Of a stretch of 64,000 bases of DNA, positions 27,784 to 38,332 are shown in pieces. The stretch lies in contig CAWJZC010000014.1 of assembly GCA_963847195.1 (NCBI GenBank), forward strand, positions 6,133 through 70,132, written 5' to 3'. Under the pieces are notes generated by a model. That model worked only from the letters and a program-made list of their open reading frames with translations, did not search any database and was not told the origin of the DNA. The first letter of the stretch is position 1; each line of letters starts with the position of its first letter. Position numbers and translations under genes: made by a program. Source of the DNA: an uncultured Chloroflexia bacterium (lineage in GTDB: Bacteria > Chloroflexota > Chloroflexia > Thermomicrobiales > JALYUS01).

Positions 27784-29253
27784 TTGCCAAAGCAGCGCAC
27801 GTATCACATCTTGACGCTCGGTTGCGCGAAGAATGCCGTGGATTCCGAGGGGATGCACAGTATCCTCGCCCGTCGCGGCTATGAGGCGGTGAATGCCCCG
27901 CGCGCGGCGGAGGTCGTCATCGTCAATACGTGCGGCTTCATCGGGCCGTCGCGCGACGAGTCGATGGGTGTGCTGCGCGAGTTGGCGGGCCGCAAGCGGC
28001 CGGGGCAACTGCTCGTCGCGGCAGGGTGCCTGCCCGCGCTGCCCGGCTGGGAGCAGACCGTCCGCGACGAGCAGGGCATCGATGCCGTCATCCGCACGCA
28101 GCAATGGAGCGGCATCGCCGATCTCGTGGACGAACTGACGGGCCGCGAGCGCGCGCCGGAGACGTGGGTCGCGAGTCGCCTCGCCGCCGAAGCCGCCGCC
28201 GATGGCATGATCCCGCTGCCGCTGGCCGAAATCACCGGCGACGGCATGATTACCGCCTTCACGCGCGCGGCGGGCCGGCCGAGTGCCTACGTCAAGATCG
28301 CCGACGGCTGCAATCACACCTGCGCCTTCTGCACCATCCCGTCCATCAAGGGCGGCAGCGTCTCGAAGCGGCCGATCGCCGTCCTCGAAGAAGTGCAGGG
28401 ATTGGTCGCGGGTGGGACGCGCGAGGTGGTCTTCATCTCGCAGAATACCGGCGCATACGGGCAGGATTTGGAGCCGCGCACGACCCTCGCGCGGATGCTC
28501 GCCTGGGTCTGCGAACAGACGCCGGATTTGCCCTGGTTGCGGATGCACTACCTCTACCCGACGCACATCAACCCGCAGTTGATCGAGACATTGGCAACGC
28601 ACGCGCAACTGGTGCCGTACATGGATTTCCCCTTGCAACACGCGCACCCGGCCGTGCTGCGCGCGATGGGCCGACCGTCGGACGCCGCGCAGACGCGCCG
28701 GACGATTGCCGCCTTGCGCGAACGCATCCCGGATATCGCCTTGCGCACGACCTTCATCGTCGGCTACCCCGGCGAGACGGAGGAGCAGTTCCAGACGCTG
28801 CTCGACTTCCTCGGCGAGATGCAGTTCGATCACGTCGGCGCGTTCATGTACTGCAACGAGCCGGGCACGCGCGCCGCGCTCCTGCCGGACGATGTGCCCG
28901 CCGAGGTGAAACAGGAACGCTACGCCCGCCTGATGGAGACGCAGCGCGCCATCTCGCTGGCGAAGAATCGCGCGCTCGTCGGCCGCACGCTGGATGTGCT
29001 GATCGAAGGCGAGGGCGAAGTCGAGGACGAAGACGGCACGACCGTACCAATCAGCGCCGGGCGGGCGAAGCGGCATGCGCCGGAGGTGGACGGCCTCGTA
29101 TTTGTCTCCGGCGTACACCAGATTGGCAGCATTGTCCCCGTGCGCGTCACCGAGGCGGATGAGTACGACCTCTGGGGCGACGCGCCCGAACTGGTGGCCG
29201 CCGTCCCCCGCGTGGCTTCTCGCCCCCAGGCGAAGCGCCGCCGCCATCAGTAA
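27784..29253 (+). CDS. rimO: Ribosomal protein S12 methylthiotransferase RimO (radical SAM, MiaB-like)
   Basis: YHILTLGCAKNAVDSEGM..VIVNTCGFI.., radical-SAM motif ADGCNHTCAFCTIPSIKG, C-terminal TRAM-like ..GRTLDVLIEGEGE. TTG start. Confidence 0.9.
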   Translation: MPKQRTYHILTLGCAKNAVDSEGMHSILARRGYEAVNAPRAAEVVIVNTCGFIGPSRDESMGVLRELAGRKRPGQLLVAAGCLPALPGWEQTVRDEQGIDAVIRTQQWSGIADLVDELTGRERAPETWVASRLAAEAAADGMIPLPLAEITGDGMITAFTRAAGRPSAYVKIADGCNHTCAFCTIPSIKGGSVSKRPIAVLEEVQGLVAGGTREVVFISQNTGAYGQDLEPRTTLARMLAWVCEQTPDLPWLRMHYLYPTHINPQLIETLATHAQLVPYMDFPLQHAHPAVLRAMGRPSDAAQTRRTIAALRERIPDIALRTTFIVGYPGETEEQFQTLLDFLGEMQFDHVGAFMYCNEPGTRAALLPDDVPAEVKQERYARLMETQRAISLAKNRALVGRTLDVLIEGEGEVEDEDGTTVPISAGRAKRHAPEVDGLVFVSGVHQIGSIVPVRVTEADEYDLWGDAPELVAAVPRVASRPQAKRRRHQ

Positions 29254-29301
29254 GCGCTGTCCGCCGGAACATGTGCCTCGACCGAAAGAAACGAGAACCG
29301 T

Positions 29302-29961
29302 ATGAGCGCGCGCGATTTGACGGATTGGGAAGAGCAATTCGCCGCCTTCCTCGCGTCGCGGGAGGTGGCTGGCGATGCGGCGCATGACGACATGCATGTG
29401 CGGCGGGTCGTCGCCAATGCGCGCCTGCTCGCCGCCGCGGAGGGTGCGGACCTTCACGTCGTCATACCGGCGGCGTGGCTGCATGACTGCGTAATCATCG
29501 CGAAGGATGCACCGGAGCGGACGATGGCCTCGCGCCTCGCCGCCGCGACGGCGGGCGACTTCCTGCGCGGCGCGGGGTACGATGCGCGGCATATCGCCGC
29601 AATCCAGCACGCCATCGAGGCGCACAGTTTCTCCGCGAAGATTCTGCCGCGCACCGTGGAAGCCGGGGTCGTACAGGACGCCGACCGGCTCGATGCGCTC
29701 GGCGCCATCGGCATCGCGCGGACGATGATGCTCGGCGGCGCGATGGGGAAGCCCCTCTACGACGCGCATGAGCCCTTCCCGCTCGCGCGCGACGCCGATG
29801 ATGGCGAGAATGTCCTCGATCACTTCTTCGTCAAATTGCTGACCTTGAGCGACACGATGCGGACGGATGCCGGTCGTGACGAGGCGGAACGGCGCACCGA
29901 ATTCATGCGCGCCTATCTGGCGCAACTCGGTACGGAGATCGGCGCGACAGCGCAGTGGTAG
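29302..29961 (+). CDS. HD-domain phosphohydrolase
   Basis: AAHDDMHVRRVVANA..AAWLHDCV..VVQDADRLDALGAIGIARTMM. Confidence 0.85.
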   Translation: MSARDLTDWEEQFAAFLASREVAGDAAHDDMHVRRVVANARLLAAAEGADLHVVIPAAWLHDCVIIAKDAPERTMASRLAAATAGDFLRGAGYDARHIAAIQHAIEAHSFSAKILPRTVEAGVVQDADRLDALGAIGIARTMMLGGAMGKPLYDAHEPFPLARDADDGENVLDHFFVKLLTLSDTMRTDAGRDEAERRTEFMRAYLAQLGTEIGATAQW

Positions 29962-29970
29962 CGTGGGGTG

Positions 29971-30381
29971 CTAGTGCCCGAGCGTGCGCACACTCATCGC
30001 ACGCGGCTGCCATGGGACATCGGTGCGTTTGAAGCGGGCGAGCAGGGCCGTTGCTTCGCTATGCAGCGGGCGGATATGGGGCGTCCTGACTTTCCATTTG
30101 CCGAGCACCTGGAAGATGACCAATTGGCTGTCGCCGCGCACCGCGACAGTACAGGTCTTCGGGTCTCCCGATGCGGCGGTGACGCAGTTGAGCACGTCGT
30201 GGAGGGCGGCGATCAGCGTCTGGTATTCCGCCTCATTATTCGTCACACGGTTGCCGAACGTCAGCCGCTCGATGCGGCGCTCCGTGCGCGTGCGCAGTTC
30301 ATAGGAGCCATACCCCTCGCCCGGATTGCCGCGCGAGCCGCCATCGAAAACGATTGTGTAGTCGGCATCATTCCGTTCCAT
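29971..30381 (-). CDS. RNase H (type 1) family protein
   Basis: YTIVFDGGSRGNPGEGYGSY..TNNEAEYQTLIAAL..VRGDSQLVIFQVLGKWKV. Confidence 0.85.
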   Translation of the reverse strand: MERNDADYTIVFDGGSRGNPGEGYGSYELRTRTERRIERLTFGNRVTNNEAEYQTLIAALHDVLNCVTAASGDPKTCTVAVRGDSQLVIFQVLGKWKVRTPHIRPLHSEATALLARFKRTDVPWQPRAMSVRTLGH

Positions 30382-30417
30382 CCCGGCGATGGTATCATAT
30401 GTCCGTACATCGGGGGA

Positions 30418-30504
30418 GTAGTCAGTAGCGGTAGCAGTAGATAGAACTGCCCGGCATCGCGCTGCTGCCGCTTTCCGATTACTGGCTACCGGCTACTGAC
30501 TGAC
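30418..30504. repeat. Heptad-stutter hairpin (AGTAGC/GGTAGC units)
   Basis: GTAGTCAGTAGCGGTAGCAGTAG (30418..30440) pairs imperfectly with TTACTGGCTACCGGCTACTGACTGAC (30479..30504). It lies in a divergent intergenic region. Confidence 0.65.
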
Positions 30505-30518
30505 TCGTTGGAGGGTGC

Positions 30519-32244
30519 ATGGCCGGACTGGCGCTAACGATATTGCTGGCACTCCTCTGGCTCGCGTTTGTCGGGCTCGGCTATTGGCATGGCGGCTGGC
30601 GGCAGGTCGTCCTGCTCGCGGGGATGCTGCTCTCGTACGCCGTGGCCTCCGAGTGGGCCGTGCCGAACGGCCACGACCTCGCCACACGATTCCATTGGAG
30701 TCTCCCGCGCGCGACAACGGCGGTCGGGCTGCTCTATCTGCTCGGCGGCACGCTTGTCGTTGGGTCTCCTCGGCAGCTTCGCATTGGAGCGACCCTATCC
30801 GTTCACCACGGTTGGAGCGGCAATGCGGCGCGGCGATCGGCGTGCTCAACGGCGGGTTGCTGCTCGCGCTCGTCCTGCGGACGCTCCGATCGTACGCGTA
30901 TGTCGCGGGTGGCGGTGACGGCGCTCCACACGTCGGCGCTCTCCCGGTTCCTGATTGAGAGCATCGGCTATCGTCTTGCTCGTCGCGCTCGTGCTCGGCC
31001 TCGTCGCGGTCGTCGTTGGGCTCACGCTCGCGCAACGGCGGCACGCACCCGAGAACCTGATACTCGAACCGGCGCCAGCACCGGCCATGTCGCCTCACCG
31101 CCTCCACCGCAGCAGACTGAACCGCAGCCGGTCAATGTCGCCCCGCCCGCACCTCTCCGCTCACCTCCACGCGCGCCAACGCCCGCGCCCGTCTACGCGG
31201 CGGAGCCGATCATCGACTGGCCTGATCGCCGCCGCCGGGCACGCGGATCGAGCCGAGCGAGGCGGCACAAGGAGTTGCGGCGCCCGCTCCACACGCGATG
31301 AACGCCGAGGCGAAAGCGCCCGAGGAGTCGGGGCCGATCCCGGCGATGCCGGAAGTGCCCCGGCGTGTCGAGCCGCCGATGCGGTATCCGGTCGCGGAAC
31401 TGGTCGCCGCGCGGACCAACACGGCGCAATCTGAGGCATCATCACCTCCGACCGCAGCACCCACACCACCGCCTGCCGCACCGCCCCCGGCAGTCCGACC
31501 AACGACGCCACCACCGGGCGCGCTGCACCCGGCCTTCATCCCGCCAACGATTGCCCGGCCGCTACCCGTTCCGCCGCCCGTGGCGCCGCCTCCGACACAG
31601 TTACCGCCGCCCGCCCCGGAACCCGTTGCCGCCCCGGAGGATACGCCGCCTGTTGTGCGAGAAGTGAAGGTCGCGACGGACGACGCGCTCCCCGTCGTCC
31701 GCGAGAGCGATGCCGCCACGCGGGACGCGCCGCCACCAATTGTGCGGGAAGTAGATGTGACGACGGACGATATTCCGCTCGCCGCAGTCGCGCAGGCGAA
31801 CGCCGCACCACCGGCGGTGCGGATATCGACCGAGCACGCATCAACCACGGGAGGAGAGACGATGAACACCCCTGGGGCTGCCTCCGTTCCGCCAACCCCG
31901 GCGATGCCCAATGCCATCACCGAAACCGCGCCGATCCCCGCAATCGTGCCGCCGCCGTTGCCGCCGCTGCCCGCACGCCGCGCCGCCTGCCTCCCGAGGC
32001 GCCTGAGCGACCGCCGCCGCAGGACGAGCCCGCCAAGGCGCGCGCGGGCTTCGCGCGGGTCGCGGTCGCGCGGCAGGCCGGTCAGCGGTCCGATCCGCCG
32101 CCTACGTCTCAGCCCGCCGAGCCGGAGCCGACCCAACCGCCGCTCCCGACCGGGCCGCACGTCCATGCCTGCCCGACCTGCGGCTACCCGGTGCGCGACC
32201 ACGCCCGCTTCTGCCCCAACTGCGGCACACGCCAACGTCCGTAG
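30519..32244 (+). CDS. CvpA-like membrane segment followed by a long Pro-rich low-complexity region and a C-terminal zinc ribbon. This may be one or two genes; there are several frame breaks.
   Basis: MAGLALTILLALLWLAFVGLGYWHGGW..AAIGVLNGGLLLALVL.. Pro-rich repeats PPVVREVKVATDDALPVVRESDAATRDAPPPIVREVDVTTDD. The end is HACPTCGYPVRDHARFCPNCGTRQRP, with the stop at 32242..32244. Confidence 0.5.
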
Positions 32245-32305
32245 TCTCTCACCCCCTGTCCCCCTTGTGGGCGAGGGGCCGGGGGTGGGGGCTTTCCCGT
32301 CCAAG

Positions 32306-32337
32306 AAAAAGGCCCTCGCGCGATGCGAGGGCCTTTT
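32306..32337. terminator. Bidirectional intrinsic terminator between convergent genes
   Basis: AAAAA-GGCCCTCGC-GCGAT-GCGAGGGCC-TTTT, i.e. an A-tract and a T-tract flanking a 9-bp GC stem. Confidence 0.65.
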
Positions 32338-32358
32338 CAGGTACGGTGGTGCCGGCGG

Positions 32359-34354
32359 CTAGTCGCCGTCCGCCGGGATGGGCGGGGCGTAGGCCGCCGG
32401 TTGCGGATACGGCGTGGGCTGCGGTTCGTTGTAGGTCAACGGTATCTCGCCGTCACGCCCATAATCCTTGGGGAGTGGTTCGTACCGGCTGATGATGTCG
32501 AGCACTTCGTAGTCCGTCAATTCGTGGCGGACGAGCAGTTCTTGCGCGAGCGCATCGACCACCTGGCGGTGCTCGGTGAGCAGTCGCTTCACCTTCTTGT
32601 ACTCTTCCTGCAATACCTTCTCGATGCGCTTCTTCTGGTCGCCGTCCGGCGGCGCACCGGGCAGGAAATAGAAGCTGTTATCGAAGCCGAACATGACGAT
32701 CATCCGCGCGATGTTATTGGCGGACGGGAGATCGCCGCCCATCGTCATGTATTGCTCGCCGAAGAAGACTTCCTCGGCGGCGCGCCCGGCGAGGGCGACT
32801 TGAATGCTCGCCAGCAACTCATCGCGCGAGTTGGTGTGCGATTCGTCCACTTCCTTGAAGCCAACAAACCCCTCGGCATCGCCGTGCCGCAGAATGGTCA
32901 CTTTGGTGATGCGCAGGAAGGGCCGCAGGATCACTTGCGAGTAGGCATGGCCCGCTTCGTGGTAGGCGGTGATGCTGTTGTCGCGGTAGGTCTTCGTCGT
33001 CCGGGGCTGCCGGAGGCCATGCTCGTGCGTGTCGCGGGCGCGGGAGAAATCCCAGTAGTTGATCGACTTGCGGCCATCGAAGTGGGCGTGGACGACCGCC
33101 TCGTTGATGACGTACTTGATCGCCACCGGCGTGTAGCCGATCGTGTCGCTGATCATGCGGTCAATCGGCATCGGATCGTGCTTGACCTTCTCCAGGTAGT
33201 AGTCGATCACTTCGCGGCGACCGTCGGCGTCCGGCAAGTCCACATGAATCTTGCGGTCGAAGCGGCCCGGCCGGAGGAGTGCGGGGTCGAGCGTGCTGGA
33301 GATGTTCGTCGCGCCGATCGTCAGCACGGGGGGAATCTTCGCCTTGCCGCGGATGATGTGCAGGGCGCGCAGGAGGCTGCGCCACCAGACGTATTCGCGG
33401 GGCATCGGGTCCATGTTCGTCAGCAGGGTATTGAGGACACCGCCGCCGCCGCCCATCATCCGCCGCCCATCATGCCGCCGCCGCCCATGCCGCCCATGCC
33501 GCCGGCGCCCATGCGGGACTGGGCGATGGCGTCGATCTCATCGAAGAAGACGATGCAGGCGCCCCATTCCATCGCCTGCTTGCGCGCCTTGCGGTAGATC
33601 ATCGAGGCTTGCAGCGGGCCCATACCGATGAAGACACCGATCAGGGAGGGAGCGGAGCAGTAGCAGAAGGGAATTTTCGCCTCGGTCGAAATCGCCTGCG
33701 CGAGGTACGACTTGCCGGTGCCGGGAGGGCCTTCGAGCAGCAGGCCGCGGATCACTTCGCCGCCCATCTGGCTTGAACTCTTTCGCCCCCTGGAGGAGGA
33801 CGACGACGCGGCGCGCGCCTTCCAGCACTTCGGGGTTGCCCTTGTAGTCCTTGAAGCCGATGCCGCCCTCGCCCGGCTTCATCCAGGTGACGCGCGGACG
33901 CCCCATCAGGAAGAAGAAGGCGCCGAACTGCACCGCCATGAAGGTCATCGCGAACAGCAACTGGAAGAGCAGGCCGATGATCGGATTGCCAGCCATGAAT
34001 GCGGAAACCCGCTTCGACCAATCCGCCTGATTGCGGAAGACGATGATCAAGAAGATGAGCATACAGATGCGGAAGAGCCATTTCGGGCCGCGGTAGCGCA
34101 GCCAGCGGACGAGGCTGTCGATCTGTTCGTCCGCCGCCCGGTCGAGGTCCTCCTCGGCGTTGATGTACTCGTTCGCGTAGGTCGGCTTCGGGCCGAGGTC
34201 GCGCAAGTCCGGCGGCGTGTAGTGGCCGGGGTAGGGGATCGGCGCCGGTGGCGTGGGCGGATGCGTCGGGGGATGCATCGGCGGGTACGGCGCGGGCGGT
34301 GGGGGCTGTGGCTGTGGGTGCGGAGTACTGCGGGTACTCGGGTTCGTTCGCCAT
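32359..34354 (-). CDS. FtsH-like AAA+ zinc metalloprotease with Pro-rich termini and a Gly/Met-rich insert (at least 3 frame breaks)
   Basis: Walker A LLEGPPGTGKSYLAQAIS, FFDEIDAI, PALLRPGRFDRKIHVDLPD, protease motif AYHEAGHAY. N-terminal TM segments WLFRICMLIFLIIVF and IIGLLFQLLFAMTFMAVQFGAFFFL. Frame breaks lie near 34270, 33760 and 33458. Confidence 0.8.
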
Positions 34355-34406
34355 CGCTGTCACTTCCTCTTTCTCGATGCCCGAGGGCATATGGCCTCGC
34401 GGTCTC

Positions 34407-35510
34407 CTAGGGACCCTTGAGTTGCTGCAACATATAGTCGTAAAGCTGGTCGGTTACCTGGCTGATCTGTCCCTTGTCGTCCATCACGAAGACCATCGGC
34501 ACGGATGTCTTCTGCGTCCCCCGCCCGATATCCGCGACGTAGAAGTAGATACCGCCCTTGGTCGGGATCGGCGGCGCCGTTCTTGCCGTACCCGGCGACA
34601 TAATGATACGCCGTGTAGGTGAAGCCCTGCTGCTGCTGCGCCTTCAGCACCGCGTCCAGCACGCTTTTATCGTCGCCGCGCGAGATGCGGTGCGCTTTCT
34701 CCTGCGCGCCGAGCGAATTCCAGACCGCGTCGGTGTCGCCTTTCTGCACGGCCGTCAGATAGGACTGGACGGCGGCGGTCTCGGGCGGGAGCGTGATCGT
34801 GCCGTTCTTGTTCACGGCGTTCGGCGTGGCGTTGATCGTGTTGCTGCCCGTCATCCACTTATCGTAGGCGAACCAGCCCGTCAGGAGGAGCACGAGGATG
34901 AAGGCGATGACCAGGCCGGGGCGAACGCCGAACATCGTCTTGCCGATCGCGCTCCCGCCGCGCACCATGCGGCGCATCATCCGGCGGCCCATCCGCGCGT
35001 TGGAGGCGCGCGGCATCGGCGGCGAAACGGCCTGCTGCGCGGGCGGGGTGTACGAGCCCATGGGCGCCGAGTACCCCCCGGCGATTGCCGGCGCGTAGCT
35101 CGGCGGATTCATGGACGGATGCGACGCTGCCGGAGGCGGTGGCGGCGGCGCGCCATGGGGCTGCACATACGCCTGCGGCGTATACTTCGGCGCGGGCTGC
35201 GGGCGCGGCGCTTGATACTGGACCGGTTCCTCGCGCGTTGGCCGCGCCGGATACTGCGGCAGCGGCGGCGCCCAGACGAGCCGTTCCTGCTCCGCATCAA
35301 TCGAGAAAGGCTCGGTGGCCTTCTCCGCGCCGGCCGCCTCGTTCTGGTTCTGCGGTGTGCCGGGCGGCGCGAGCTTCGTGTTTCGTGCTCGTCGGGCGCG
35401 GTCGCGACGGCCGGCGTCTGGTTCCTGATCGTGCGGCTCGTCGCGTTCGGGATCGGACGCTCGCGCTCCGGCGGGGCACCATGCGGGGGGGATTGATAGG
35501 TGTCGGTCAT
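34407..35510 (-). CDS. Pro-rich membrane-anchored hypothetical protein (at least 2 frame breaks)
   Basis: MTDTYQSPPHGAPPE.., Pro-rich PPPPPPAASHPSMNPPSYAP, TM segment GLVIAFILVLLLTGWFAY, globular tail ..AVQSYLTAVQKGDTDAVWNSLG..GGIYFYVADIGRGTQKTSVPMVFVMDDKGQISQV. Confidence 0.5.
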
Positions 35511-35838
35511 AGGATCAACCCTTCTTGATATGTCCGGCATGCCCATAGCGATACACGCCAAGGGCACATGATCTATCGGTCCGATGAGCGGATTCCATCA
35601 CATCTTCGGGCAGTGATCCTGAACTCACCATGAGCGAATCCTGAAATTCCGCTGAAGGTCTCCCATCTGCCGTCCGCTGCCATCTACGCCATGGATATTG
35701 CCCCTCGGTGCGGCTTCTGCCACTCGTAATGCGCGTTGCCCTGCTCGCGAGGAAGCGTAGGGAAGTGTAGCGCACGCGCGCCCCAACGGTCAAGCAAGGC
35801 TCTGCCGCATTCGGACGCCGCAAAACGCCCCCATCGCC

Positions 35839-35867
35839 TTGTCAGCGCCGCACCCCGCGTGTACGAT
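35839..35867 (+). promoter_or_regulatory. Promoter candidate TTGTCA-N17-TACGAT upstream of ltaE-coaBC
   Basis: TTGTCA at 35839..35844, a 17-nt spacer, then TACGAT at 35862..35867. The -10 context GTACGATGC is the same as in the rplU promoter candidate. Confidence 0.45.
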
Positions 35868-35878
35868 GCCACGGCGAA

Positions 35879-35946
35879 CGAAGGACCGAGGAGTGAGCAC
35901 CGAGGACTGAGGGCCGGCTACCGGCTACTGGCTACTGACGACTGGC
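35879..35946. repeat. Composite heptad-stutter repeat in the ltaE leader
   Basis: GAAGGACCGAGGAGTGAGCACCGAGGACTGAGG is followed by GCCGGCTACCGGCTACTGGCTACTGACGACTGG. This joins the unit types seen separately at 27056 and 30479. Confidence 0.6.
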
Positions 35947-35973
35947 AATTTGCACTCGTGGAGGGGAGATGAC

Positions 35974-37014
35974 ATGGCACAACGGCTCGTGGATTTGCGC
36001 AGCGACACGGTGACGCGGCCAACACCGGCGATGCGCCGGGCGATGGCGGAGGCGGAGGTCGGCGACGATCAGTACGGCGAGGACCCGACGATCAACCGGC
36101 TCGAAGAACTGGCGGCTGAGATGCTCGGCAAGGAGGCGTCGCTCTTCGTCGTCGGCGGCACGATGGGCAATCTCTGCGCGGTGATGGCGCACTGCCAGCG
36201 CGGCCAGGAAGTGATTATGGGCGATCAGTGCCACATCTTCCTCTATGAGGCGGGCGGCACGGCGGTGCTCGGCGGCTTGCCGTGGCACACGCTGCCGAAC
36301 ACGCGCCGGGGCACGATCGAGCCGTCCGCCATCGCGGGGGCGATCCGGGGCGACCGCGAAGGGGAGCCGCCGACGGGCGTCCTCTGCGTCGAGAACACGC
36401 ACAATCGCTGCGGCGGATTGCCGCTCGACCGCGCGACAGTCAAGTCGATGGCCGATGTCGCGCATGAGCATGGCGTCCCGGTGCATATGGACGGGGCGCG
36501 CGTCTTCAATGCCGCCGCCGCGCTCGGCGTCCCGGTCGCCGAGGTCGTGCAGGATGTCGATTCGGTCCAGTTCTGCCTCTCGAAGGGGCTCGCGGCCCCG
36601 GTCGGCTCGATGATCGCCGGGTCGGCGGACTTCATCGCCCGCGCGCGGCGGATGCGGCGCATCGTCGGCGGTGCGATGCGGCAAGGGGGCGTGCTCGCGG
36701 CGGCGGCGATCGTCAGCCTCACCGAGATGGTCGATCGCCTGCCCGAGGATCACGCCCGCGCGCGGCGGCTCGCCGAAGGGTTCGCGGACGTCCCCGGTAT
36801 CGACATCGATCTCGAACTCGTCCAGTCCAACATGGTCTTCTACAAACTCGACCCGCCGAACCCGAACTTCGCCGCCGAGATGAAGGCGCAGGGCGTCCTG
36901 ATCGGCGGCGGCCAGTATGGCGGCCGGATGGTCACCCATTACGAGATCACGGACGAGGATATCGATACGGCGATCATGGCGGCTCGCAAGACCGTCACGG
37001 CGCTCTCGCGCTAG
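35974..37014 (+). CDS. ltaE: Low-specificity L-threonine aldolase
   Basis: LVDLRSDTVTRPTPAMRRAMAEAEVGDDQYGEDPTINRLEE..VENTHNRCGG..FCLSKGLAAPVGS. GGAGGGGA precedes the ATG. Confidence 0.9.
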   Translation: MAQRLVDLRSDTVTRPTPAMRRAMAEAEVGDDQYGEDPTINRLEELAAEMLGKEASLFVVGGTMGNLCAVMAHCQRGQEVIMGDQCHIFLYEAGGTAVLGGLPWHTLPNTRRGTIEPSAIAGAIRGDREGEPPTGVLCVENTHNRCGGLPLDRATVKSMADVAHEHGVPVHMDGARVFNAAAALGVPVAEVVQDVDSVQFCLSKGLAAPVGSMIAGSADFIARARRMRRIVGGAMRQGGVLAAAAIVSLTEMVDRLPEDHARARRLAEGFADVPGIDIDLELVQSNMVFYKLDPPNPNFAAEMKAQGVLIGGGQYGGRMVTHYEITDEDIDTAIMAARKTVTALSR

Positions 37015-37023
37015 CGCGACACG

Positions 37024-38240
37024 ATGGACGCGGCGCGCCCAGGCAGCCTCGCGGGGAAGCACGTCGCGCTCGGTGTGACGGGGAGCATCGCGGCCTATAA
37101 GGTCGTGGAGTTTGCCCGGCTCTGCGTGGCGGCGGGCGCGAGTGTCGATGTCCTGATGACCGAGGGGGCGACGCGCTTCGTCACGCCGCTGACCTTCGCG
37201 ACGCTCACGCAGCGCCGCGTCTGGACGACGCCGTATGAGCCGTGGAGCGAAGCGGAGGAGGGGCATATCGCGGTCGGGCGGCGGGCGGACCTCTTCGTCG
37301 TGGCGCCCGCGACCGCCGATATGCTCGCGAAATTGGCGCACGGCATCGCGGACGATATGGTCTCGCTCTCCGCACTCGCCACCAGCGCGCCGCTCGTCCT
37401 CGCGCCGGCGATGAACCACTTCATGTGGCTGCATCCGGCGGTCGCGGCGAATGTCGCCACCCTCCGGGCGCGGGGCGCGCATCTCGTCGGGCCGGACACG
37501 GGGCCGCTCGCCTCCGGGATGAGCGGCATGGGGCGGCTCGTGCCGATGGAGCGGCTCTTCGATGCGGCGGTTCGGTTGCTCGGCCGGCGGCACGACCTCG
37601 CCGGGCGGCGGATCGTCGTCACGGCGGGCGGGACGCAGGAGCCGATCGACCCGGTGCGGTACATCGGCAACCGCTCCTCCGGGCGGATGGGCTACGCGAT
37701 TGCCGCCGCCGCGGTGGCGCGGGGCGCGGCGGTGACGCTCGTCTCCGGCCCGACGGCGCTCGTGCCACCGGCGGGCGCGGCGTACGTGCCGATCGGGACG
37801 GCGGCGGAGATGGAGGCCGCGACGCGGGCAGGCGGTCAACGGATGCGGACGCCTGATAATGAGCGCGGCGGTGGCGGACTTCCGCCCGGCGCGGGCGGCG
37901 ACGCGGAAGATCAAGAAGACGGCGGAGAGCGCGGCGCCGGAGATCGTGCTGGAGCGCACGCCGGACATCCTCGCCGGGCTGCGCGATCTGCCGCTCGTGA
38001 AGATCGGCTTCGCCGCCGAGACGGAGGATCTGCTGCACAACGCGCGGCAGAAGGTGGCGGCGAAGGGGCTGGCGATGATCGTCGCGAACGACGCCGTCGC
38101 GACGATTGGCGCGCGTGACAGTGCGGCGACATTTCTGTACGCTGATGGGCGCGTGGAGGAGCAGCCGCAGCAGACGAAGGAGGCGCTTGCCGAGCGGATT
38201 CTCGACGAACTGGTGGCGTTGCTCGGCGATCGGAGAAGTG
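37024..38240 (+). CDS. coaBC: Bifunctional phosphopantothenoylcysteine decarboxylase / phosphopantothenate-cysteine ligase (frame break near 37830; 3' end uncertain)
   Basis: GKHVALGVTGSIAAYKVVEFARL..VVAPATADMLAKLAHGIADD..VVTAGGTQEPIDPVRYIGNRSSGRMGYAIA, then ..AAVADFRP..KIKK. As assembled, the frame reads through into HU without a stop. Confidence 0.82.
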
Positions 38241-38257
38241 AGAATGTGTCCGGTGGC

Positions 38258-38302
38258 GTAGGCTTTCAGCCTGCGGCGAGCTCGCGCAGGCTGAAAGCCT
38301 AC
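38258..38302. repeat. 18-bp perfect inverted repeat (REP-like) at the coaBC/HU junction
   Basis: GTAGGCTTTCAGCCTGCG (38258..38275) and CGCAGGCTGAAAGCCTAC (38285..38302) are separated by GCGAGCTCG. Confidence 0.75.
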
Positions 38303-38332
38303 GCTACCAAGATTCGGCGGAGGAGGAGACGA

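Noticed and set aside
27034-29925. Very long antisense ORFs: this 963-aa one, plus 51673..53925, 14322..17564, 35932..38040, 10258..12054, 21468..22727 and 56113..57321
   Set aside because: All lie opposite ORFs with clear family motifs (RimO, CoxL-like, the helicase, ltaE/coaBC, the ligase, kynU, GDE). Their translations are Arg/Gly/Asp/His-rich with no motifs, which is the expected stop-free antisense frame of high-GC DNA.
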